A stretch of 64,000 bases of DNA from an uncultured Chloroflexia bacterium (GTDB lineage Bacteria; Chloroflexota; Anaerolineae; Caldilineales; Caldilineaceae): NCBI GenBank assembly GCA_963765875.1, contig CAVXYK010000029.1, positions 111,153-175,152 on the forward strand. Reading direction: 5' to 3'. Numbering within the stretch: position 1 is the first letter of the stretch; the number at the start of each line of letters is the position of its first letter. Of this stretch, positions 9,231 to 19,877 are shown in pieces. The notes under the pieces are model-generated. The model was not told the origin of the DNA, did not search any database, and saw only the letters and a list, made by a program, of their open reading frames with translations. The translations under genes were made by a program, and so were the position numbers.

Positions 9231-10349
9231 ATGAAAGCAGACCGTATTTTTGCCATTTTTGCCATTGTCTTGATGGCGACTGTGCTGACGACCGGCTGTG
9301 TGTACATGCTCACACCCGAGGCTGAGATGCCAGCAGATACGGAAGCAGAAACATCTGCCGCTGAAGACTGGATGGCCCCTGAGGGCGCCCTGGTCGCAGC
9401 CAAGGTCGACACCGCACCAACCCTGGACGGCATGGCCGACGAGGCCGTCTGGGCGGATGCAGTCGCGATCAGTGTCGACGTCGAGGATGGCGCCAACATG
9501 GAAACGTCCACCGTCAACATCAAGTCTGTCTACGCCGACGACATGGTCTACTTCCTGGTGAAGTGGGCAGATCCGACCCAGAGCTTCATGCGCAGCCCCT
9601 GGCAGAAGCAAGATGACGGAAGCTGGGTCAAATTGAGCGATCCCGACGACCGCGGTGGCGACAACAATGTTTGGTACGAAGATAAGATGTCCTTCATCTG
9701 GCCCATTGACGAAGGCATTCGTAGCTTCGAGAGCAAGGGCTGTTTCACCGCCTGTCATGATGGCGAAAATGAAGACGCCAAGCCCTACGGCAACAAGTAT
9801 ACCGATGAAGGCATGGGCGACATCTGGCACTGGAAATCGGTGCGCAATGTCAACCAAATTGACGACCAGTATCTCGACTCGACCCAATATTCGCCTGAGA
9901 CCCCTTCTGCCGGACGCCACGGCGATCCCAAGGATGGCGGCGGCTACGTGAACAACGACAACGAAGACAAGTCTGCTCCCATGTGGATGGGCCCGGAAGG
10001 CTATCCTGTAGACGGCAGCCCCGGCTATATCCTGGACTCGGAGAAATTACCCTTCGACGATAGCCTTTTCGTGGCCGGCGACATGATTGGCGGCGTGACT
10101 ACGGCTCCCTTTGAGGGCGACCGCGGCGACATCTCTGCGGGTTGGGTCTATGAAGACGGCATGTGGACAGTCGAGATTGGACGTGCACTCGAGACCGGCT
10201 CCGAGTACGATGTCCAATACGACGACCTGAGCAAGCCCTACTACTTCGGCGTAGCAGTCTTTGACAACGCCCAGGTACGTCACGCCTATCAGTACAAGTC
10301 GGAACGAATTGGTCTTCCAGCCATAGAGCGTATGCTTCACAGTAGATAA
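9231..10349 (+). CDS. Lipoprotein with ethylbenzene-dehydrogenase/DMSO-reductase-type heme-binding (EB_dh-like) domain
   Basis: Lipobox LTTGC. AAKVDTAPTLDGMADEAVWADA..., VYFLVKWADPT, DIWHWKSVR and GCFTACHDG are typical of the EB_dh heme domain as I remember it. Confidence 0.55.
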   Translation: MKADRIFAIFAIVLMATVLTTGCVYMLTPEAEMPADTEAETSAAEDWMAPEGALVAAKVDTAPTLDGMADEAVWADAVAISVDVEDGANMETSTVNIKSVYADDMVYFLVKWADPTQSFMRSPWQKQDDGSWVKLSDPDDRGGDNNVWYEDKMSFIWPIDEGIRSFESKGCFTACHDGENEDAKPYGNKYTDEGMGDIWHWKSVRNVNQIDDQYLDSTQYSPETPSAGRHGDPKDGGGYVNNDNEDKSAPMWMGPEGYPVDGSPGYILDSEKLPFDDSLFVAGDMIGGVTTAPFEGDRGDISAGWVYEDGMWTVEIGRALETGSEYDVQYDDLSKPYYFGVAVFDNAQVRHAYQYKSERIGLPAIERMLHSR

Positions 10350-10390
10350 AACAGATGGGGGCCGAGCGATGCTCGGCCCCCATCTGTTTT
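10348..10390. terminator. Bidirectional rho-independent terminator between convergent genes
   Basis: Perfect 20-bp stem AAAACAGATGGGGGCCGAGC / GCTCGGCCCCCATCTGTTTT with A- and T-tracts on either side. It starts at the stop codon of 9231..10349. Confidence 0.85.
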
Positions 10391-10415
10391 ATCTACTGTG
10401 AATTCAACCACTCAC

Positions 10416-11797
10416 CTATTCAAAATAGACATCATCCTCTTCAAGCGCCCTGCGCAGATCCGCATAGGGCAAGGCCCGAATGTCGCAATCCGCAGCCGGC
10501 AGAGAGCGCGGCAGCCGTGCCCGCGGCCTGCCCCATGCCCATGCAGGAGACCGTGTTGCGCGTCGACATGTGCGCGTCGTGATCGGCCGTGATCATCATG
10601 CCGGTGGCGAAAAGGTTGTCCACGCCGGCAACACAGAGCGCCCGATAGGGGATGCCATAGGTGCCGCCGTCCTTGATCTGGAAGCGCGGCGCCATGTCGT
10701 GAAAGCCGTAGGCGAAGACGTCGTCCTCAAAGTGCCGGCCTTCCAGCACGTCCTCACGGGTGATGTCGTAGTCGCAGGTGATGAGCCGCCCACGCCGGGG
10801 ATTGATGTGCGGGCTGGTGCGCGGCGATGAAGGCCTTTTCGCAGCCGGGCACGAATTTGCGGAAGAGTTCGATGGCCGCAACTTGGCGTCGCCGCAGTTC
10901 CAACTCTGCCTCGGCTGTGGCGTCACGATCCGTGGGGCTGACCTTCATCTTGTAGTTGAGCTTGATGAACATGAAGTAGTCGTCGTGCACGGTCGTGGTC
11001 ACGGTGGCCATGCCGATGCGCCGGGCCTCTTCCATGAACTCGGTGGGCAGATTCTTACTGATGCCCATGAGGCGCACGATCTGGTCTTCCTTGCCGCTGC
11101 GCCAGCCCTCGGAATACTCCTTGACCGCATCGTTCTCTTTGAGAAATTCGTAGTACTTCTCAACATCAACGCCGCCTACGCCGATGCTGTTGGCCACCGG
11201 ATAGTCGTTGGGCTCGGAGAAATCGGCCCCGGCATAGGCGCAGAGCTCGCCGAGGCCGGTGCAGTCCACGAACGTGTGAGCGAAGATGGCCTCACGCCCG
11301 GATCGGCTCTCTGCGATGACGCCGGTGATGCGTGAGCCGTCCATGATGGCGCCGGTCAGCAACGTGTTGACGCAGACGGTCACGCCCGCCTCCACCAGCA
11401 TCTCGAAGGTGACGAGCTTGTAGATCTCGGTGTCGATGGCCGTGCAGATCGAGTCGTAGTCGTAACCTTCGGTCATCTCGGCGTGGCCCGACGTGCCGCC
11501 GGCCTCGGCCAGCCGATCGACGATCTCCTGTGGGATGCCCTTGACCACCTGGCGCTTTTCGACGCCGGGGAAGGCCTTCCACAGATTGTAATAACTGTGC
11601 AGCGCCGTTCCACCCTCGACCACCGTGCCGCCGGGATAGCCCTTGGCCTCGATAAGCACCGTGTTGGCCCCACGTCGTGCCGCGGCCAGCGCTGCTACGA
11701 CACCGCCTGTTCCTCCGCCGGCGACGACGACGTCAAAGGTACGGGCGGGTAGTTCTCTACTCGGTTCTTGATAGCGGTGCATAATGATTCCCTTCAT
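10416..11797 (-). CDS. FAD-dependent oxidoreductase (FAD_oxidored family-like), two apparent frameshifts
   Basis: N-terminal dinucleotide fold FDVVVAGGGTGGVVAALAAARRGA (ORF 10754..11797). The C-terminal part continues in ORF 10441..10926 (ITCDYDITREDVLEGRHFEDDVFAYGFHD...). A third frame near 10495 gives the plausible end ADCDIRALPYADLRRALEEDDVYFE*, stop at 10416-10418. Confidence 0.7.
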
Positions 11798-11993
11798 GAA
11801 GATGTTTGAAGTTGGTTGTTCCTTGGTTTTCGGTTGCTCTTACCTTTGTAGCCAATGGAGGGAAAAATGCATTGGTCAAGAAGATGGTGAAATCGTAGAG
11901 ACGCAAGATTTTGCGTCTCCGCTCGTCCATTCGACCCATTGTTTCATTCCAGCATGTCGTTGACCAATACACAATGGAGCAAAAAAGGATCGA

Positions 11994-12575
11994 TCAGCGA
12001 GTATCGCGGACATCAGACACCCAATGGCGCGGCTGCCGGGTGATGCCGGCCAGTGCAACCGTCTCTCCGGCATACTGGCCGTGACATTCCAGACGCTCAA
12101 ACAGGATCTCGTCCAAGGTCCGTAAATAGGTACGGATGTGCTCGAAGGCATCTTCAAGGTTGTTCGCCGGCGCCCCGTCCTTGAGGCTGATCAGCCACTT
12201 ACCCTTGAGCGCCTGTTTGCGGTTGTTGATCGCGCGGTTGACCCGCTGTCGCGGCATCATGGCCAGATCGACCACCGAAAAGAAGCAATATCGAGATTGT
12301 GCGCTGTCACGCACGAGAACCCCACAGCGCGGTGCGTGGCCGATGCACTTGCGCACCGTCAAATCATCCAAGATGAACAGGTCAGTCTCAAGGATTGCCG
12401 TCGGCCAGTGGGCGGCATTGTAGGGTTTTCGCTTCTCCTTGACCTCAAGCTGGAAAATGGGGTCGCCATGGCTGGAGAGGGTGAAATCGAGATCCTTGAA
12501 CGATCTCGTGTTGTCAGAGAAGTCTGCTTTCTGCCGTTTCAGATAGTCTCGGACTTCCTGTTGAAGAGAGGGCAT
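11994..12575 (-). CDS. Hypothetical protein (possible PD-(D/E)xK-like motif DLDF...LEVKEK)
   Basis: ORF 11994..12740. An internal ATG at 12575 (MPSLQQEVRDYL) is more plausible than the track start. Only a weak nuclease-like motif; no family recognised. Confidence 0.35.
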   Translation of the reverse strand: MPSLQQEVRDYLKRQKADFSDNTRSFKDLDFTLSSHGDPIFQLEVKEKRKPYNAAHWPTAILETDLFILDDLTVRKCIGHAPRCGVLVRDSAQSRYCFFSVVDLAMMPRQRVNRAINNRKQALKGKWLISLKDGAPANNLEDAFEHIRTYLRTLDEILFERLECHGQYAGETVALAGITRQPRHWVSDVRDTR

Positions 12576-12884
12576 GATGGCTTTGCATAGATGGAAAGTG
12601 TGGTTCTTGGCACTGACAGTGAAAATTGTAGCCGCCGGAATGTCACCTGTCAATCGCCGCGAACGCGGGTGCAGTTCACGCCAAAGGCGAGATCGTTTGG
12701 AATGACTTCCTGTCTTCTTCGACCACGTGTACTTCATCACGCGGCCAAACGCGGGCGATGTGCTTCGTGATAATTCGTGTCAGAATGGGATCCTTGTAGT
12801 CGGCTCACAAGTTTGCAACGAACCCTCGCGTCAGATGTACAATAGGTGAAACTCAATCAGACCACTCCCATCGGAAGGACCAGA

Positions 12885-14034
12885 ATGAACTATCAGGCAC
12901 TGATCGACTATTTCAACCAACATGAAGACGAGATGTTGGAAACCATCAAGTTGCTGGTCACCACTGAGACGCCCAGCGACGACAAGCCACGACTGGATGC
13001 CTTTGCCGAGCTGCTGGCGGGTCGGCTCAGCGCGGTCGGCGCTGAAACCGAAATCCTACCGACAGAGATCCAGGGCAACCATGTGCGTGCTCGCTTCAAC
13101 AACGGCGACTACGACGCCGACGTCAAACCGGCGTTGATTCTCTGTCACTACGACACGGTCTGGCCGGTCGGCTCATTGGAGACCCATCCATTCCGCATCG
13201 AAGAGGACGGCAAGGGCTACGGCCCGGGCATCTTCGACATGCAGTCGAGTCTCATGCTTTCCGAGTATGCGCTACGCGCGATTGGTGATCTGGCCTTGCA
13301 GTTGCCCCGCCCCATCACCATTCTGATGACGTCGGACGAGGAAGTAGGCAGCCCCACCTCCCGGGCGTTGATCGAAGAGGAGGCTCGGCGCTCCGAGTAT
13401 GCGTTGGTGATGGAATCACCGCTGCCTGGCGGCGTGATCAAGACGGCACGCAAGGGCGGCGGCAGCTTCGGCCTTGAGATCACCGGTCGCGCCGCCCATG
13501 CCGGTGTCGAGCCGGAGGCAGGCATCAGCGCCGTCCACGAGTTGGCCCACCAGATCCTCGCCATTCAGGCGCTAACCGATCTGGGAAAAAGGCACCACGG
13601 TCAGTGTCAATGTAGTCGAGGGTGGCACCAAATCAAATGTAATTCCGGCCAAGGCGGTCGCCAGCATTGACATGCGCGCCTGGACCCAGGACGAGGTAGA
13701 TCGGGTCATGACAGCCATGTACAGTCTGCAACCGGTGCTTCCCGGTGCAACGATCAAGGTGACAGGCGGGGCCAATCGCCCGCCGCTGGAACGCGCAGTC
13801 ACTGCAGCGCTCTTCGAACGTGTACGTGAATTGGGCAAAAAGATGGATCTTGAGCTTGAGGAAGGCAGCACCGGCGGCGGCAGCGATGCCAGCTTCACCG
13901 GCGCGCTGGGCGTGCCCACGCTGGACGGTCTGGGCATCCCAGGCCATGGCGCCCACGCCGATCATGAGCACATCGAGGTCGACCAGATGGTGTCGCGAGC
14001 AGCATTGCTAGTTGCGATGTTGATAGAACTGTAG
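12885..14034 (+). CDS. M20-family metallopeptidase (carboxypeptidase G2 / glutamate carboxypeptidase-like), one homopolymer frameshift
   Basis: ORFs 12846..13670 and 13672..14034 join. The second frame is already open from about 13586 and reads GTTVSVNVVEGGTKSNVIPAKAVASIDMRAW. The shift sits in CTGGGAAAAAGG at about 13583-13590. Motifs HYDTVWP, SDEEVGS, GRAAHAG, GGGSDASF. ATG 12885 has GGAAGGA upstream. Confidence 0.8.
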
Positions 14035-14063
14035 TTGGTCGAAGTCGGATTGTGAAATCTGTA

Positions 14064-14313
14064 GGGACAGGTCTGAGACCTGTCCCATGCGTATCAAGCT
14101 AAGCGTTATGTCTAGCGTTGCCGTTGGTGGCGGCAGGGATAAATCCCGCCGCTAACAACGACAAGCCGCCTCAGCGGCTGGAGTGAAGCGCCTGTGGGCG
14201 CTTTTCGCTGTTAGCAGCCGGCTTCAGCCGCTGCTGCACACCGGTTCAAACCGACGACAAATTTATCATAATCCTTAGCTTGATATCTGTGGGACAGGTC
14301 TGAGACCTGTCCC
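14064..14313. repeat. MITE-like structured element (14093..14284) between two copies of the hairpin GGGACAGGTCTGAGACCTGTCCC
   Basis: Terminal inverted repeats ATCAAGCTAAGCGTTATG / CATAATCCTTAGCTTGAT. Second copy in inverted orientation at 40517..40707. Flanking hairpins at 14064..14086 and 14291..14313, with outer GTAG / CTAC. Confidence 0.8.
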
Positions 14314-14328
14314 TACGCGCGTCTACGG

Positions 14329-15159
14329 CTATTGACAAACCTCACCCGCATAGACATCCGGACGTCGATGCTTGAGGTTGGGCAATCCGGCCCGGATTTG
14401 GTCTTGGGCTGCGTAGTCGATGTCGGCAACCACCACGCACTCTCGTTCAGGCGCCCGGGCCAGTACCGTTCCCCACGGATCGACGATCATGGTGTTGCCG
14501 TAGCAGGTCTTGTTGCCGGCGTGGACGCCGATCTGCGCGGGCGAGACCATGTAGACCTGGTTCTCGATGGCTCGTGCACGGATCAGCGCTTCCCAATGAT
14601 CCTTGCCGGTGTATAAAGTGAAGGCAGACGGCTGGAAAATGACGCGCGAGCCGGCCAGCGTCAACGCCCGGTAGACCTCGGGGAAGCGGATGTCGTAACA
14701 GATGGTCAGGCCGAATTGGCCATGCTCACTTTCGAAGGCCACCATCTCGGTGCCGGCCTCGTAGCGAGACGACTCGTTGTCCGACACAGTGCCTGTGATG
14801 TCGATATCGAAGAGATGGATCTTGCGATACGTGGCGACCAGATCACCGGCGGGATCATAGACCAGCGAGATATTCCAGGCTTTGTCGCTATCAGGCACCT
14901 GGACGGGAATGCTGCCGCCATGCAGTGTGATGCCATGTTGCATTGCCTTGCTCTGGAGAAAGTGACTGGTGGGTCCATCCATCGACTCACGACCAGCACG
15001 GATCTCGCCTGATGTCCCGTAGATGTTGAACATCTCCGGCAACGCCACCACGTCAGCCCCCTGGGCAACCGCCTCATCGATCAGACGCTCGGCCGTCGCC
15101 AGGTTGGCGTCCTTATCCCCCTGCGAGTTCATCTGAACCGCACCAATACGAAATGTCAT
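14329..15159 (-). CDS. Carbon-nitrogen hydrolase family protein (nitrilase/omega-amidase-like)
   Basis: MTFRIGAVQMNSQGDKDANL..., LPEMFN, ICYDIRFPE (catalytic Cys context); 276 aa. Confidence 0.8.
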   Translation of the reverse strand: MTFRIGAVQMNSQGDKDANLATAERLIDEAVAQGADVVALPEMFNIYGTSGEIRAGRESMDGPTSHFLQSKAMQHGITLHGGSIPVQVPDSDKAWNISLVYDPAGDLVATYRKIHLFDIDITGTVSDNESSRYEAGTEMVAFESEHGQFGLTICYDIRFPEVYRALTLAGSRVIFQPSAFTLYTGKDHWEALIRARAIENQVYMVSPAQIGVHAGNKTCYGNTMIVDPWGTVLARAPERECVVVADIDYAAQDQIRAGLPNLKHRRPDVYAGEVCQ

Positions 15160-15211
15160 CCCTTGCCCCCTATCAATCCTTGTCGTTAATCATTGAGATC
15201 AATCATTGAGG

Positions 15212-15817
15212 TCACTCCTCGTCACCGTCAATCACGCGCAATAATGCATGCACGAGTGTTCGATGTTCCGCCTGGTGCATGCGCTTCTCCAGCGTCTCCA
15301 GCGCGTCACTGGGATAGATCGGGACCGTCGTGGTCTCAAGCACCGGCCCGGCATCGACCTGCTCGTCCGGCACCAGATGCACCATGATCCCGGTCTCCCT
15401 GATCTCGCCCCGCTGGTAGGCATCAAACGCACGCTCGATGGCATGGGTGCCGGGGAATTTACCCGGTAGCGCCGGATGGAGATTGATGACCCGGTAGGAG
15501 AATTTGTCCAGAAACGCCGAGCTGAGGATGAGCATCCAACCGGCCAGCACCACCCAATCAGGCCGGTACTCCTTGACGATCTGAGCCAGATCGGCGTCAT
15601 AGTCACGCCGACTGCGTCCGACTTCTTTGTATGGGGCAAGCGAATGCACACGCGTGGGAATGCCCGCCTTCTCCGCCCGTTGCAGGCCATAGGCATCCTC
15701 CTGATTCGATACCACGACCACGATTTCGGCAGGCAAAATGCGATAGCCGATGGCGTCAATCAGGGCCTGCAAGTTTGAACCATTGCCGGAAATGAGCACC
15801 GCGATCTTGGCTGTCAT
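15212..15817 (-). CDS. purN: Phosphoribosylglycinamide formyltransferase
   Basis: KIAVLISGNGSNLQALIDA, INLHPALPGKFPG, and adjacency to purM. Confidence 0.85.
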   Translation of the reverse strand: MTAKIAVLISGNGSNLQALIDAIGYRILPAEIVVVVSNQEDAYGLQRAEKAGIPTRVHSLAPYKEVGRSRRDYDADLAQIVKEYRPDWVVLAGWMLILSSAFLDKFSYRVINLHPALPGKFPGTHAIERAFDAYQRGEIRETGIMVHLVPDEQVDAGPVLETTTVPIYPSDALETLEKRMHQAEHRTLVHALLRVIDGDEE

Positions 15818-15919
15818 GTTGGATTCCTTGATCGGTTTTGCTGAAAACAGCTTTTATTCAGCCACAGGTTTTCAACACAGAGACACAGAGAAGGCACGGA
15901 GGGCCACAGAGAAAACTGC

Positions 15920-16948
15920 CTACCCCGTGATCAACTTGACCTGTTCCGGTTGGCCGTTGCGCGGCTGGAGCTTGCCGATGACGATGGCCTCCGGCACGGC
16001 GGATACGACCTTGTCGGCATTGGCTGCGGAGACAATGCCGACCATCCCGATGCCCATGTTGAAGACCCGATATGCCTCTTGCTGATCCATACCACTCCAC
16101 ACGAGCAAGTTATCGAAAATCGGAGGGGTGCGCCAACGGCTCACATCGATTTCGGCGGCCAGGTTTTCAGGCAAGACGCGTGGAATGTTGTCTACAAAGC
16201 CGCCGCCGGTGATGTGGGCCAGCCCTTTGATATCGACACCGGCCTCGATCATCTGCTCGATTTCAGTCACGTAACAGCGATGGGGCGCCAGCAAGGCGTC
16301 GGCCAGCGTCTGTCCGTCGTCGAGGGTCAGATTCAGGTCCCGGTCGGCGACGAGGCTGCGGATGAGCGAATAGCCGTTGGTGTGGGGCCCGGAACTGGGC
16401 AATCCGACAATCAGATCACCGGCCTGCATGACATCTTGCTGGGGCCAGAGCGCATCACGGTCCACCAGCCCGACGACGGTGCCGGCAAGATCGAAGGCTC
16501 CTTCAGTGTAGACGCCGGGCATCTCTGCGGTTTCGCCGCCCAGCAGTGCACAGCCGGCAGCCTGGCAGGCCTCGGCCACGCCGGTCACGACCGCGGCCAC
16601 GGCCTCGGGCACAAGCTTGCTGGTGGCGATGTAGTCAAGAAAGAAGAGCGGCCGCGCATTCTGGACCAGGATATCATTGACGCAGTGGTTGACAATATCA
16701 TGGCCGATGCCGTGCCAGCGTCCGAGTTCGGCGGCCAGTTTGACCTTGGTGCCTACACCGTCGGTCGAGGCTACCAGCACCGGTCTAGCCGGCAGATTTT
16801 CCAATGCGTAAAGTCCGCCGAAACTGCCGATATCGGCCAATACGCCCGATGTATATGACGCACGCACGGCGCCCTTCATCATGTCAACGGCGCTCTGTGC
16901 GGCATCAATGTCGACGCCGGCTTGCTTGTAGGAATCGGAACTGGACAT
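15920..16948 (-). CDS. purM: Phosphoribosylformylglycinamidine cyclo-ligase (AIR synthetase)
   Basis: YKQAGVDIDAAQSAV, DGVGTKVKLA, GGETAEMPGVY, AHITGGG; 342 aa. Confidence 0.9.
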   Translation of the reverse strand: MSSSDSYKQAGVDIDAAQSAVDMMKGAVRASYTSGVLADIGSFGGLYALENLPARPVLVASTDGVGTKVKLAAELGRWHGIGHDIVNHCVNDILVQNARPLFFLDYIATSKLVPEAVAAVVTGVAEACQAAGCALLGGETAEMPGVYTEGAFDLAGTVVGLVDRDALWPQQDVMQAGDLIVGLPSSGPHTNGYSLIRSLVADRDLNLTLDDGQTLADALLAPHRCYVTEIEQMIEAGVDIKGLAHITGGGFVDNIPRVLPENLAAEIDVSRWRTPPIFDNLLVWSGMDQQEAYRVFNMGIGMVGIVSAANADKVVSAVPEAIVIGKLQPRNGQPEQVKLITG

Positions 16949-17202
16949 GGCTTCTCTTCGCTATGGTTGCTTGTTGGCGGTAGGCGGTCATTCCATTTGG
17001 GCGGACACAAAGGCACGCCCCTACCAGTTGGACGTGTCCATTGTAGATCATTCTGATGGTGCAACCGATCCTCGAAGGCCAGAACATTTTCTTGAGCGGG
17101 AACGTCTTTGGAGAGCAGGGATTTTGGCCGCTGGCCTCGGGCACATTTGTCCGGCTACAGAGTTCATGAAATGTCCGAACACAGCGCAAAGGAGTGGACG
17201 TC

Positions 17203-18814
17203 ATGTCATATTCAGATCGAGTTCGCGATCTGGGCGCCGATCCAGAGCAACTTGAAACGACCTATCATCAGGTCATCGAGATGGGCGATGAGCAAGCCTT
17301 CGCCACTGCCATCGACGGACGCCTACAACGAAGAGCCGGACAATCTGCTCTATGCCGCCTGGCACTATCGTCTGGCCCATTCCCTGGCCGATCGGCTCGA
17401 CGAATGGCGCATTGCCTGGGCGTGGGCCATCCCGCTTGCGATTGTCAACGGCCTGTTACTATGGTGGCTCTCTGACGATGCCCAGTTCAGCGTTCAGATC
17501 GCCGGGACAGGCGACATCCAGGGCTACAACTCGATCCCCAGATCCTGCTGCTCTGGGGGCCAATCAGCGCAGCTCGCTGTCCTGACCTATCTGTGCGTGG
17601 CCGGACGGCACGGTGGGCGCACCTGGTTGGCGTCGTCGCGGCGCTGGCGCTTCTGGTCGTCTACGTGCTCCTGTTCTATTCGCGCACGGGACCGGCCATC
17701 TTCCAGGAACAGTATCTGATGCTCATGGTCTTTCACCTGCCGCTGGCGGCCTGGTCAGCAGTCGGCATCTACCTGCTGTTCGGTCTGCCCGATGCCGAAG
17801 AACGATTTGCCTTCCTCCTCAAATCACTGGAGGTCGCGGTGCTGGCCGGGCTCTTTTTGATTGCGGGCATGGCCTTCGTCGGGATCTCCGTGGCGCTCTT
17901 CGATGCGTTGGATATCCAACTCTCCGAGCTGGTCATGCGGCTCCTTCTGGCTGGGGGCGGCGGACTGATCCCGGTGCTGGCCACGGCCATGACCTACAAC
18001 CCGGGGCCCACACCTGCCGGCCAAGCCTTTGGCTCTGGCCTGAGCCGCCTCATCGCCTTGGTCATGCGCCTGATGTTGCCTCTGACACTGGCGCTTCTGG
18101 CAATCTATCTCGCCTTCATCCCGATGAATTTCCGAGCGCCCTTCGAGAATCGGGACGTGCTGGTCAGCTACAACGCCATGCTCTTCGGCGTGATGGCATT
18201 GCTGCTTGGGGCAACACCCACGCGTGAGCGCGATGCAGCGGGCAAGACCGGCGTATGGCTCCGGCGCGGCATCATCTCGCTGGCCGTCGCTGGCCGTCCT
18301 TGTCAGCCTCTACGCACTCTCGGCCATCCTCTACCGCGCCTGGCAGGATCGCCTGACGCCCAACCGCCTGACATTCATCGGCTGGAACGTCGTCAACATG
18401 GCTATTCTGTTGTTGATTCTCTGGAAGCAGATCTCGAAGCGGGGAAAGTCCTGGTTGTCTGCCCTGCACAGCGCCTTCGCCACCGGCGCGCTGCTCTACG
18501 TCGGCTGGATGCTTGTCGTGATTCTGGCTGTGCCCTGGTTCTTCGGCATCAGCCAGGGCGATATCGCCGATCTGCCCATCTCGGTTCAGTCCATCGTTTA
18601 CGAACGGGCCGAACCTATTTTGCTCAAGTGTCCCACCAGTCCGCACATCTATCTGCTGGACGACGGCGAGAAGCGCTGGGTCCAGGACATTCCGACCTTT
18701 GAAGGAGAAGGCTACGTCTGGGGCGACGTGTCCATGATCCAATGTGACGATCTGCGCAGCATTCCCGACGGTCCGCCGATTCCGCCCGATGCCGGTGAAC
18801 CGCCACAGCCGTAG
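17203..18814 (+). CDS. Polytopic membrane protein, family not recognised; at least three apparent frameshifts
   Basis: ATG 17203 with AAAGGAG upstream. Successive pieces in ORFs 17194.., 17108.., 17593.. and 18206..18814 read on from one another (for example NEEPDNLLYAAWHYRLAH, many TM helices, soluble C-terminal domain). Confidence 0.5.
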
Positions 18815-19243
18815 CGTAGCAGGCACGCGTTGCTATCTGCCGCGGTCGACCCTGACCCGGCGGGTGATGCTCTCACTGGTAACGACCATCGACGACTGGG
18901 TGACGAGTTTGTCCGGTGCCCGAAAGAGCGTTTCCGCCAGCGCGCTGTGGGGATCGCGGTCCGTCACTCCGCGCTGCCGATAGCGGCCGCGCTCGCCGCC
19001 GGCATCCAGTCGCCGACTGATGCCATGGGTCTCTTCCGCCTCACGAACGGCCAGCAGGATGTAGGGAAAGAGCGCGTGGGCATTGCCGAAGAGGGTTAAG
19101 TCGAACATGATAGTATCCTCGATTCGGACCGTGGTTGTGCGCTACTGGGATTGAAGAGTGAGCACCATCGTGATAAAATATGACCATAGTCATGACTATG
19201 GTTTGGCGCTCGATTGTCTAGCTGATAGGACGGAGTGAATGAA

Positions 19244-19474
19244 ATGCAGACAGTCTCCAAGAGCAAATTGAAGGCCGAGATGTTGCGCATCTTCCGCGAG
19301 ATCGAAGAGTCCGGCGAAGAGTTGATCGTCACCGACAACAATCGTCCGGTGTTGAGTATCCGCCCAGTGTCACAGGGACGTAGCGTCGGGGAGGTCTTTG
19401 CCGATATAAGAGGCAAGGTCGTATTCCACGAAGACCCAAACACGCCAACATGGGATGACTGGGAGGATCTGTAG
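19244..19474 (+). CDS. Type II antitoxin, Phd/YefM family
   Basis: MQTVSKSKLKAEMLRIFREIEESGEELIVTDNNRPVLSIRPV. The stop abuts the PIN toxin start. Confidence 0.75.
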   Translation: MQTVSKSKLKAEMLRIFREIEESGEELIVTDNNRPVLSIRPVSQGRSVGEVFADIRGKVVFHEDPNTPTWDDWEDL

Positions 19475-19856
19475 ATGGTCGTCCTCGATACCGCTGCGCT
19501 TGATCTACTGGACGCTCGAAGCGGAAACCCTCTCGCCGGTAGCAGCCAAAGCCATTACTGAAAACCGGCAGGTCATCGCCAGTGCCATCTCTATCTGGGA
19601 GATCGGCTGGAAGACAAAACTGGGCAAGCTCACATTACCGATTTCAACGCGTGAATTCGCAACACGCCTCACTCAAGTTCAGAACGTAGAAATCGTGGCG
19701 GTGGACTCCGAAACCTGGCTGCGCAACGTAGCGCTGGATTGGGATCATCGCGATCCGGCTGACCGCACCATCGTGGCCACGGCTGAACTACGCGGCTGTC
19801 CCCTGGTGACGCCGGACCGGCGGATACGCGACTTCTACGACCTGTCGATCTGGTAG
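19475..19856 (+). CDS. vapC: Type II toxin, PIN domain (VapC-like), one apparent frameshift near 19497-19503
   Basis: The ATG at 19475 gives MVVLDTAAL, then the frame of ORF 19455..19856 gives IYWTLEAETLSPVAAKAI...DPADRTIVATA. One extra base in GCGCTTGATCTACTGG separates them. Confidence 0.7.
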
Positions 19857-19877
19857 AGCGAGGGGCGTTTCAGCTCT

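Noticed and set aside
14230-14262. tRNA-like T-arm word (CCGGTTCAAACCG) inside the MITE-like element
   Set aside because: No acceptor stem, anticodon arm or CCA context can be drawn. The word is part of the element's internal hairpins and recurs in the second copy.
18830-19108. Overlapping ORFs 18833..19108(-) and 18830..19099(+) between the membrane protein gene and the Phd antitoxin
   Set aside because: Neither translation matches a family I recognise and there is no clear RBS. I cannot decide strand or reality, so it is not called as a feature.
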